19,992 nucleotides of DNA, taken from contig JALTLO010000022.1 in assembly GCA_027001995.1 (NCBI GenBank), positions 65,984-85,975 on the forward strand. The letters are read 5' to 3'. The stretch is from Planctomycetota bacterium. Its GTDB lineage: Bacteria; Planctomycetota; GCA-002687715; DRQF01. A program made the position numbers and the translations under genes. This document shows positions 1-8,600 of the stretch, piece after piece (positions within the stretch are counted from its first letter, which is position 1; each line of letters starts with the position of its first letter). The notes beneath the pieces are model-generated. The model was not told the origin of the DNA, searched no databases, and saw only the letters and a program-made list of their open reading frames with translations.

Positions 1-582
1 ACCCAGAACATTGCCCACATCGAAGTAGATGCCCAATCGGTCGTTCTGGAAAGAATCGATAAAAACTGCAAACTCGATGGGCGAATAGAAAAGTCCATTC
101 CAGACGTTCTCAATCAGAAGATCAACACCTACCTCTTCGGCCACAACGAGGAGACGCGACACAGCTTCTCGCGCCCGATCAAAGGCCAGGTCATAGCGGA
201 TGCTCACATCTGGACAGATGGCACTATTGGCCACACCTGGAACGAAAAGAAGGGCATCCAAACCGAGCCACCCGGCCCGTCGAAGAGCAGCCTCATGCAG
301 GGCGATCGCCTCCTCCCTTTCTTCCAGATCATCGCTGGCTGGATTCTTGCCCCAACTCATTCCTGATGCCAAGGTTTCCACCCGCAAACCAGAGGTATCG
401 ATCAGACTTCGGATCTTATGGCATTCTTGCTCGCTTGTATCCGTGGTCAAGACACCCGTGGGTGCGATGCAAAGCTCGATAGCATCAAATCCCCATTCTC
501 TTGCTTCCTTGAGAACAGAAGATATATCCGCTGTGTTTTCCAAACCATTGGGGAACGACCAATAAGTCGTAGATTTGATCAT
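1..582 (-). CDS. Sugar phosphate isomerase/epimerase, xylose-isomerase-like TIM barrel (3' end truncated by window edge)
   Basis: Missing from the ORF track; translated by hand from ATG at 582: MIKSTTYWSFPNGLE...WGFDAIELC...ALLFVPG...VGVDLLIENVWNGLFYSPIEFAVFIDSFQNDRLGIYFDVGNVLG. The GFDAIEL, ENVWN and FDVGN motifs are typical of this family. The frame is open to position 1. Confidence 0.88.
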   Translation of the reverse strand, partial: MIKSTTYWSFPNGLENTADISSVLKEAREWGFDAIELCIAPTGVLTTDTSEQECHKIRSLIDTSGLRVETLASGMSWGKNPASDDLEEREEAIALHEAALRRAGWLGLDALLFVPGVANSAICPDVSIRYDLAFDRAREAVSRLLVVAEEVGVDLLIENVWNGLFYSPIEFAVFIDSFQNDRLGIYFDVGNVLG

Positions 583-674
583 AGTTTTCAGTCCACAAAT
601 GAGAAACACCCGAGGCGCACTCGAAACCACTTTTCGTGTAACATGTGATCAGATCATAGAAGACGTCTCACCAA

Positions 675-691
675 GCAGGAATCGTTCCTGC
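675..691. promoter_or_regulatory. Inverted repeat GCAGGAA-TCG-TTCCTGC; candidate operator (LacI-like core) or leader hairpin
   Basis: Perfect 7-bp arms in the divergent intergenic region, about 30 nt upstream of the symporter start, followed by GAGTTTTT. Confidence 0.35.
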
Positions 692-720
692 GAGTTTTTC
701 GACAGATTTGGAGTATTCCT

Positions 721-2244
721 TTGGACTTGCGTCATCTGGCTCTCACCAGCAACTTTAGCGGTTTCGACTGGGGGATCGTGGCGTTCTACCTGCTTGCCAC
801 TGTTGCCATCGGCGTTTACGTCAATCGCTATGTAGGCAACATGGGTGACTATGTGGTTGCTGGGCGTTCCCTGAACTCCTACATTGCCATTGCCACCATG
901 GTGGGTTCCGAGTTGGGTCTGGTGACCGTCATGTATGCGGCTCAGAAGGGATTCACTGGAGGGTTCGCCGCCTTTCACATCGGCTTGGTGGCCGGTGTCG
1001 TCACACTTATCATCGGCATGACTGGTTTCATCGTCGTTCCCTTGCGACGACTTAAAGTGTTGACGATTCCAGAATTCTATGGCCAGCGATTCAGCCCTGG
1101 AGTCCGCATCTTAGGCGCCATCATGTTGGCGGTGTCCGGTATCCTCAACATGGGGCTGTTCCTCAAAGCCGGGGCTCTCTTTGTTACCGGTCTGACGGGC
1201 CTCAATGATCCTGAACACGTCAAGATCATCATGACGCTTCTCATCGTCTTGGTTCTGGTCTACACCATCTTGGGAGGCATGGTCTCCGTTGTCATGACGG
1301 ACTATGCCCAATTCTGTGTCTTGTCCTTCGGCATGATCCTGGCTTGCGGCTTCGCCATCTACCGACTGGGCTGGGGACACATCATGGATACGGTGCAAGA
1401 GGTTCATGGGGACAAAGGATTCAATCCCTTCCACCGGGACGGCTTTGGGCCATCCTATATCGTTTGGATGATCTTCACCGCTGGTATTGTCTCTTGCGCC
1501 GTTTGGCAAACAGCAGTCATGCGGGCTTGCTCGGCTTCCAGTACCGACGTGGTCAAAAAGCTCTACGCTTGGTCATCCATTGGTTTCTTGATTCGATTCA
1601 TTGTGCCCATGTTTTTAGGGATCTGCGCCCTCACTTACTTCTCAACGGTACACGGAGTAACGGAAGGACTCGATGATTCGGAAGCAACGATGCAAGCTAT
1701 GCCCATATTCTTGGGACAGATCTTGCCCGTGGGTGTCATCGGGCTTATCGCCGCTGGTATGCTGGCTGCCTTCATGTCTACCCATGACAGTTACCTTTTG
1801 TGTTGGGCCAGTGTCTTGGCTCACGATGTTGTTGGCCCTATCGCCGGAGAGAGATTGACCGAACAGAATCGACTCACCATTGCCCGGGCCTTCATCTTGA
1901 TCATCGGTGTCTTCCTGCTCATTTGGAGTTTGTGGTATCCCTTGAGACAGGATCTCTGGGACTACATGGCAGTGACTGGAGCCATCTATTTTACTGGTGC
2001 CTTTGCCGTGCTTCTTTTTGGTCTTTATTGGAAAAGGGCAAGTTGTGTTGGGGCCTACTTTGCCCTCGTTGCTGGGGGGCTCTCCGTTCTCGGGTTGAAA
2101 GGGGTGCAAGAGTGGTTTGGTTTCGAGCAATCGAGCGAGATCATCGGCTTGACAGCAGCAGCGTCGGCACTGGTGCTCATGGTCATAGGATCACTCATCT
2201 TTCCCGACAAGAACCCCAAAGACCTCAATGGAGAATTAGCATGA
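721..2244 (+). CDS. Sodium:solute symporter (SSS) family transporter
   Basis: 507-aa highly hydrophobic protein with SSS motifs DYVVAGRSL, TIPEFYGQRF, YTILGGMVSVVMTDYAQ, GLIAAGMLAAFMST and LFGLYWKRA. TTG start with GGAG about 8 nt upstream. Confidence 0.95.
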   Translation: MDLRHLALTSNFSGFDWGIVAFYLLATVAIGVYVNRYVGNMGDYVVAGRSLNSYIAIATMVGSELGLVTVMYAAQKGFTGGFAAFHIGLVAGVVTLIIGMTGFIVVPLRRLKVLTIPEFYGQRFSPGVRILGAIMLAVSGILNMGLFLKAGALFVTGLTGLNDPEHVKIIMTLLIVLVLVYTILGGMVSVVMTDYAQFCVLSFGMILACGFAIYRLGWGHIMDTVQEVHGDKGFNPFHRDGFGPSYIVWMIFTAGIVSCAVWQTAVMRACSASSTDVVKKLYAWSSIGFLIRFIVPMFLGICALTYFSTVHGVTEGLDDSEATMQAMPIFLGQILPVGVIGLIAAGMLAAFMSTHDSYLLCWASVLAHDVVGPIAGERLTEQNRLTIARAFILIIGVFLLIWSLWYPLRQDLWDYMAVTGAIYFTGAFAVLLFGLYWKRASCVGAYFALVAGGLSVLGLKGVQEWFGFEQSSEIIGLTAAASALVLMVIGSLIFPDKNPKDLNGELA

Positions 2245-2381
2245 CCGGTTGGCCACTTTTCTGGAGTGTTGTTTTTGGTGTCGCCGTGTCCGTCTTCGCC
2301 TTCGTCGCTATCGTTGTAGCCATCGGTGGATACAAGGATGTTAAGATCATGCTTGATCGTTTGAAGTCAGAGAAACCATAA
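2241..2381 (+). CDS. Small single-TM membrane protein (46 aa), putative symporter accessory peptide
   Basis: ATGA overlap with the symporter stop, GGAG at 2230-2233. Sequence MTGWPLFWSVVFGVAVSVFAFVAIVVAIGGYKDVKIMLDRLKSEKP is one TM helix plus an amphipathic basic tail. Confidence 0.75.
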   Translation: MTGWPLFWSVVFGVAVSVFAFVAIVVAIGGYKDVKIMLDRLKSEKP

Positions 2382-2388
2382 AACACAG

Positions 2389-2412
2389 CACCCTCGGGGG
2401 TGGCGCCGTTTT
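2389..2412. terminator. Possible weak terminator hairpin between convergent genes
   Basis: CACCC-TCGG-GGGTG stem with an A-rich 5' flank and GTTTTC 3' flank, in the 32-nt gap between convergent stop codons. Confidence 0.3.
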
Positions 2413-2413
2413 C

Positions 2414-3046
2414 TTACTGCTTGCGCTGAGCCGCCGCGCCAAAGAAATCTCCTCCCTTGGCCTCCTCATCATCGGTTCCCCAAGGGATCTCCCCAGACAC
2501 GTCCTGCAGCAAGGGAATATGTTTCGAACAATGGATGTAGGCTTCGTCCACTGCCACAACGATCCAGCAAGTTGGCCTTCGCCCCCCCACTGCTTTGATG
2601 GCATTTGCCATGGCAGTCGTCATCTGTGGGTGACTCGCCATGATCTCGTTATCAACGATTTCCGCCCCTCCATTCACGTGAAGACCGATCTTGTCGCGCT
2701 TGAAATCAACGAAGAACATCCCGACATGAGGGTTCTCCAAGATGTTCCCGACACTGGCCATGACCCCATTGCCGCGATACTCGGGCATCGCCAGAGTCTT
2801 GTCGTCGAGGACTATGACAAAGCCGGGAGGGCCTGCTCTCAAGGAACAATCACAGTTCCCAGCAGTATCGGCTGTAGAAATGAAGACCATTTCAATGGAT
2901 TCCAGAAAGTTCATCATCCGGGCGTTAAGACAAGACAACATTTGTCTGCCATAGAATAGCCCCGCTTGCTCCGATGACCCAAAACGCTCTTGAGCCCGTT
3001 TTTCCCCCGCCGATCCTGTGCTGCCCATGGCCCTTCTAACTCCCAT
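2414..3046 (-). CDS. Pyridoxamine 5'-phosphate oxidase-like FMN-binding (split beta-barrel) protein
   Basis: Motifs FISTADTAGNCDCSLRAGPPGFV, LAMPEYRGNGVMASVGNILENPHVGMFFVDF, LHVNGGA and EAYIHCSKHIP. The start may instead be the ATG at 3028. Confidence 0.88.
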   Translation of the reverse strand: MGVRRAMGSTGSAGEKRAQERFGSSEQAGLFYGRQMLSCLNARMMNFLESIEMVFISTADTAGNCDCSLRAGPPGFVIVLDDKTLAMPEYRGNGVMASVGNILENPHVGMFFVDFKRDKIGLHVNGGAEIVDNEIMASHPQMTTAMANAIKAVGGRRPTCWIVVAVDEAYIHCSKHIPLLQDVSGEIPWGTDDEEAKGGDFFGAAAQRKQ

Positions 3047-3338
3047 TCTCTAAATGAATTTTCATAGAATCGATCGTGTCAGTCTATCAACACGAAACTG
3101 CTTGAGAAGCTAACGCCACAAACAAACTCAACGACACGCGAAGGCGGATTCACTGGATCTCCCCAGGAAAGTAAACGTTCTGTAAATTCCGAAATTGCCT
3201 GAACCAACGAGATCACGCTCTCGTTTCCATCATTCAAAGGGGATCAATCTCAGATCCGGGAATCGAAAAATCGCCAGCATTGGGCAAGCGCTAAGACCTT
3301 CGAAGTCCTGGTGTTTCGCTCTTCATTGGAGCCGTTAC

Positions 3339-5552
3339 TTGACGCGAACAGCATCACTACAGCTATTGTTTGCCATCGTTTTCATCATAGGACGACCTGC
3401 GTTCTCGCAAGATGAGGAGAAGCCTCAAGAAGAAAAACCACCAGAAAAAGAGTCTAGCCAGTCAAAAGAGTTGGAAGAAGCCATCAACACCTTAGATGAA
3501 GTCATCATCACCGCATCGCGCAGTGAAAAACTGATCTTCAACACTCCCGTGGGCACAACCGTGGTCAACGCCAATGAATTGCGTGAACGGCAACCAAGGA
3601 CGGCGGCTGAGGCACTACGACTCAAGCCCGGCATTTGGGTGCAGAAGACTGGCCATGTGGGCGGAGCTCCCATCCTACGGGGTTTCATGGGTAATCGGGT
3701 CATCTACCTCTTCGATGGAATCAGAAGAAATACCGCTGGCCTCTTTGGCGGTCCCAACAGTTTCCTACAAACAGTTGACGCCATGGATATTGATCGCATT
3801 GAAGTCATTCGTGGCCCAGGGTCCGTCTTGTACGGTTCTGACGCTATCGGTGGCGTTGTCAATGTCATCACCAACGAAGAGCCCCTTTTCACTGACGAAT
3901 TAGAATTCCATGGCCGGACCCTCTTCCGCTACGGCAGCGTCGATGACGAATTGTCAGTTCGCCAGGAATTTGCATTGAGCACCCAAGATATCCATGTGGC
4001 CATCGGTGGCACCTACCGGGACATTGATGATTTAGAAGGTGGCGGCGGGGTCGGAAGACAAAGCCCCAGCGGTTGGGAAGAGCAGAACTGGGATGCCCAA
4101 ATTGACTGGGCCATTGCAGACAATCAAGTCTTGGGCTTCTTTGTCCAAGACTACAATCGAAACAACGCCCGTCGATTCGATCGGCCCACCCGCATCGAGG
4201 ATGCCGACCGAGAACTCTTCGGTGTGCGCTACGAGGGCAATGAACTCAACGCAGCCATCGAGAACCTCACTGTGACGGTCTACTACCAACGTCAGAGGCG
4301 ATTGAACGACGACCCTAGTCGCGACAGCAAAAGTGACGAAAAGACCTTCGGTTTCGACATCCAAGCGACATCTTTAGTCACCGAGAATCTCACTCTGACT
4401 TGGGGAAGCCAACTCTATATCGACAACATCAAGAAAAATGACCCCCAAAGAAATCGCGAAGATCCTGAAGTCGATTGGCTCAACTTTGCCTTGTTTGCTC
4501 TGGCGGAGTGGCAAGTCTCTGATGGGTTGCGCGTCGACTTAGGTCTGCGTTGGGACCACTACACCCTGGATTCTGACGCTCCCGCATTCTCGAAATTGGC
4601 AGGATCAGTTCAGTCTGCCATCAACAGTGGTTCCTTCAGCCTCGATGACCTGAACCTGGACCAAACTGGGGACGCCATCACTGGATCTTTGGGTTTCGTC
4701 TTTTCCGTCACCGACAATATCAACTTGGTTGCCCACGTGGGCCGTGCCTTCCGGGCTCCGAACAAGAGCGATCAGCTCTCCTTCGGTCAATTCACTTTCG
4801 GATTCAACGTCCCAAGTGGCGGTCTTGATCCAGAATCAAGCTGGACGTTCGAGAGTGGTATTCGTCTTTCCTATCCTAACTTTTCCGCATCTTTGATCGG
4901 TTTCCACACTATTCTCGACGATGCCATTGTCCGACAAGCATCGACCTTCAACGGTTCTAACTTTGTCGATGTCAATGGCAACGGAATCGAGGATTCCGAT
5001 GAGCAAGTGTTCAAGAAAACCAACTCTTCTGGCCAAATCGAAGTCAGCGGTATTGAATTTGAGGCTGCCTGGTACCTCCCACAGGAATGGACGGAGGATC
5101 TTCTGGGAGACACCGCCATCTCTGTCTATGGCAACCTCACCTGGATCGAAGGACGGGACAACGGAAAAGGCGAGCCTCTTGACCGAGCTTTCCCATTGAA
5201 TGGGCTCTTTGGCCTTCGATTCGATGACAACCGCGATCGAAGCAAGAGCGACTGGTGGGCCGCTTTCGAAGTTTCAGTTGTTGATATCTTCAACCGAATC
5301 CCCTCAGATCGGATCAACCGTGACCCAGCCTTCCGCGCTGATCCACAAGACCGCAACTCTGGCCCCCTCAGGGCCGATGGGGGAGTTCCAGGATACACCA
5401 CCTTCAGTGTTCGTGGCGGTGTGCGCTTATGCGAAAACGCAACGCTCACTTTGGCCATCGAAAACTTCACCGACAAGAAATATCGGGTGAAGGACTCTCG
5501 TATTGACGCCCCTGGCCTCAACGCCGTTGTTGGCTTGGAAATCACCTTCTAA
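3339..5552 (+). CDS. TonB-dependent outer-membrane receptor
   Basis: TonB-box-like LDEVIITASR, plug motifs PILRGFMGNRVIYLFDG and IDRIEVIRGPGSVLYGSDAIGGVVNVIT, a FRAP motif and a C-terminal Phe. Start revised from 3195 to TTG 3339 (GGAG at 3328-3331), which gives a clean signal peptide MTRTASLQLLFAIVFIIGRPAFS|Q and 737 aa. Confidence 0.93.
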   Translation: MTRTASLQLLFAIVFIIGRPAFSQDEEKPQEEKPPEKESSQSKELEEAINTLDEVIITASRSEKLIFNTPVGTTVVNANELRERQPRTAAEALRLKPGIWVQKTGHVGGAPILRGFMGNRVIYLFDGIRRNTAGLFGGPNSFLQTVDAMDIDRIEVIRGPGSVLYGSDAIGGVVNVITNEEPLFTDELEFHGRTLFRYGSVDDELSVRQEFALSTQDIHVAIGGTYRDIDDLEGGGGVGRQSPSGWEEQNWDAQIDWAIADNQVLGFFVQDYNRNNARRFDRPTRIEDADRELFGVRYEGNELNAAIENLTVTVYYQRQRRLNDDPSRDSKSDEKTFGFDIQATSLVTENLTLTWGSQLYIDNIKKNDPQRNREDPEVDWLNFALFALAEWQVSDGLRVDLGLRWDHYTLDSDAPAFSKLAGSVQSAINSGSFSLDDLNLDQTGDAITGSLGFVFSVTDNINLVAHVGRAFRAPNKSDQLSFGQFTFGFNVPSGGLDPESSWTFESGIRLSYPNFSASLIGFHTILDDAIVRQASTFNGSNFVDVNGNGIEDSDEQVFKKTNSSGQIEVSGIEFEAAWYLPQEWTEDLLGDTAISVYGNLTWIEGRDNGKGEPLDRAFPLNGLFGLRFDDNRDRSKSDWWAAFEVSVVDIFNRIPSDRINRDPAFRADPQDRNSGPLRADGGVPGYTTFSVRGGVRLCENATLTLAIENFTDKKYRVKDSRIDAPGLNAVVGLEITF

Positions 5553-5613
5553 CCGAGCAGACAGCGTGAATCTCCTCAGAGATGGACAACTGTACATAAG
5601 TCCTGTCCCTTGT

Positions 5614-5660
5614 TGTCGGACTCGAAGCCCTTTGCATGATGGGGTTTCGAGTCTCCGACA
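5614..5660 (+). promoter_or_regulatory. Strong intercistronic stem-loop overlapping the likely start region of the CobN-like gene
   Basis: TGTCG-GACTCGAAGCCC ... GGGTTTCGAGTC-(TC bulge)-CGACA gives about 17 bp with one G-U pair. No U-tract follows. Confidence 0.5.
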
Positions 5661-8600
5661 CTTGGGTCTCATCATCATAGTCCTCACTCTGTCCTTCGCT
5701 CTAGACCTGAAGGCCCAGGATACCCCCATCACCTTTGTGGGAATATGGGACAGGGCCCGCCCTCTTGTTGAAAGGGCAGCCCGAGAAACTAAAACGTCTG
5801 TGCGTTTCCTCCCTGGAGAGATCAGCTCCGAAGATATTGCCAGTGCCATCAACATGCCCAACCTCATGTTGCTCTTGAACATCCGCCCCAAATCAGCCAT
5901 GAACTTGATGGCGCAGCTCGCTCGAGTGCCCCACCCACAAGTCCGCTTAGTTCAACTCGACCAAAGAGATGGCCACGCAGGATTGCTCAAGAGTGATTTC
6001 ATGGTTCAGAATCCGGAGGTGAGGGCCTACTGGAAAGCCAACGGTCTGGTCAACATGAAGCGACTCTTGGTCTATCTTAAAGATCACTACTTGGGACAAC
6101 CCGGAAAAATAGAGCCCCCTGCAGTCATTCCTGATCATGGTTTCTACCGACCAGGCCAAGATGAGTTGATTTCCAACCTGGACGAGCTCAAAAAGAAGTC
6201 CCCATGGAAGGAAAATGCACCCAAGGCAGCAGTTCTCATCCAACAATCGTTTTGGATTACCCGCGATGTCAGGGTCATCGATGCCATGATCCACGCTTTG
6301 GAGAAAGAAGGATTCAACGTCGCCACTCTTTTCTCAGAAAACCAAGCATGGATGCGCAATGCCCTGACAGATTTCCAAGCGGACATCCTGATTGAGGACC
6401 GACATGGTAGCCCCTGGAAAGATGCCAAAGGCAACTTGCTCTCCTCCTTGGGCGCCCCCTACTTGCGTCCGATATCCATGCTTGCCTACACCATTGATGA
6501 GTGGCGAGCAGACCCCCAAGGGTTGGCAGTCCGCGACCGAACCATGTTCATGGCTCTCCAAGAAATCCACGGGACTATTGAACCCATGGTTGTCGGAGGC
6601 TTGGTCCACAGCGTCCGGGGTTTCAAGCTCCATGAGCCAATCCCAAACCAGATCAACACCTTCGCTAAGCGCGCCAAGAAATGGGCGATTCTCAGGGCCA
6701 AGAAGACATCTGAAAGAAAGATCGCCCTCATCTACTACAACAAGTCTCTGGGCAAGAGCGACGTCATGCGCGGCAGTCCAACTGGAGCTTTCTTAGACAT
6801 GCCCAAGAGCATGGCATCGTTTCTGAACGCGATGAAGTCCGCCGGTTACCATCTCCCTTCGCCCCCATCCTCCGGAGAAAAGCTTCTCGAAGTCGCTATG
6901 AACCGGGGTCGAAACTTGGGCCCTTGGGCGCAAGCCGAATTAGAAAAGACCGTCGACGCTGGCGATGTAGTCTTGATCCCCGCGAAGAAATTCAGAAAGT
7001 GGTTAGGCAAGAAACTGGATCCTGTCCACCTAGCTTCCCTCAAAGAACACTTCGGCCCAGCACCCGGCAAGATCATGGTGGTCACAAGAAACGGAGAGGA
7101 ACAAATTGTCCTTCCCGTGATCCGCTTTGGCAATGTTGTCCTGGCCCCCCAGCCAGAAAGAGGGTCAAAACAGGACAGGGCTTTGCTCCATTCTCGTGAA
7201 GTGCCTCCCCCTTACAATTACCTGGCCTTCTATTGGTGGCTGGAGGAAGAGTTTGGAGCGGATGCCATTTGCCATTTTGGAACTCATGGTTCCTTAGAAC
7301 TTCTACCTGGCAAAGAGGCTGGTCTAACGGACCGGGATTGGGGGGCCATTTGCCTAAGCACATTGCCGGTGGTCAATTTGTGGATCATGGACAATCTCGG
7401 AGAAGCCTCTCTTTCGCGGCGTCGTTCCTTTGCATTGCTCAGCGATCACATGCCTCCCCCGGCAGTCCAATCTGGACTCCACGATTCTTTGCGTTCCCTC
7501 CATGAAGACATCCACAAATTCAATTCCTTAGAAACTGGCATTTTACGGCGAGAGTTTCGCAAACGCATCGCCGATAAGGCCGAGGCTCAAGGGCTTCTCG
7601 TGGCCCTCGGGCTTGAACGCGACGAGAAACAACTCCTGTCGGATGAAGAGATCGAAAGAGTCGGAGACCAACTTCACGATATCGAACAAACGACCACGCC
7701 CATGACCCTCCACGTCTTGGGCCAACCTGTCAATGATGAGCTCATGGCCTCCTACTTAGTGAGCTGCCTCAGGCAGAAGTTCATCGATGCCGTGGACGCT
7801 ATGCAAAAGCTCAAGGTCAAGGAAACAAGTGCTTCGAAGCACGACTACCAATCGACCTATGAAGCAGCTCTGGGATGGGTGGATCGCTGCATCTTAAAGA
7901 ACGAGAATCCTCCTGCCTCTTTGCGATCATTCATCGTCAAGGGACGCCACATTCACCAGAATATCTTGCGCGCCCAAGAAGAAGTCATAGGGCTTCTAAG
8001 GGGCCTCGACGGCCACTATCTTGATCCTGGCCCGGGACCAGATCCTATCCGAAACCCCAAGAGCATTCCTGGTGGTCGCAATCTCTACGGGCTCAATCCT
8101 GAAGAAATCCCCACACGTCCATCATGGGAAGTCGCCAAGATCCTTGTAGACGAACTACTCGCCACCAAGAACCCAACCAAAGTCGGTCTCGATCTCAATG
8201 GCATGAATACCATGCGGGATTTCGGCGTCATGGAAGGTCAAATCTTCTACCTTCTCGGAGTCCAACCCGTTTGGAATGAAAGCGAGATCGTCGTCGATGT
8301 CAAACTCATCCCTCGGGAGCAACTGGGAAGAGACAGAGTGGATGTTTTCATCGCCTTGGGCGGAACATACAAAGAGAATTTCCCCTCCCGTGTCAAGCTC
8401 TTAGACAAGGCCGTGAGGCTGGCATCTCGATCACCAGAGAATTCCAATGGAGTTCGCGCTGGGACAAAGCGCCAAGAATCAGCTCTTCTCAAGCACGGTT
8501 TCTCGGAAACGCGAGCAAAAACCCTCTCACTCGCACGCATTTTCGGCTCAAAACCCGGAGAAATCAGCGGCACCAAGATCTTAGACTTGGTTCCGCGCAG

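Noticed and set aside
644..658. TGTGA-TCAGA-TCATA as a CRP site
   Set aside because: The spacer is 5 nt, not the required 6.
200..835. Short plus-strand ORFs 200-565, 418-648 and 575-835
   Set aside because: They are antisense or out-of-frame shadows of the isomerase and symporter genes, with no recognisable motifs.
3054..3065. ATGAA-TT-TTCAT palindrome as a Fur or Zur box
   Set aside because: It is short, its spacing does not match the Fur consensus, and it overlaps the translation-initiation region of the divergent gene.
3047..3338. Cobalamin riboswitch upstream of the receptor/CobN-like operon
   Set aside because: The conserved elements (AGGGAA..GGTG..AATCC, GCCACTG, GGGAAG, AGYCAGRAGACCTGCC) are not found in the expected order.
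3195..3338. 48-aa N-terminal extension of the receptor in the ORF track
   Set aside because: The composition is not protein-like, and TTG 3339 has a good SD and yields a canonical signal peptide.
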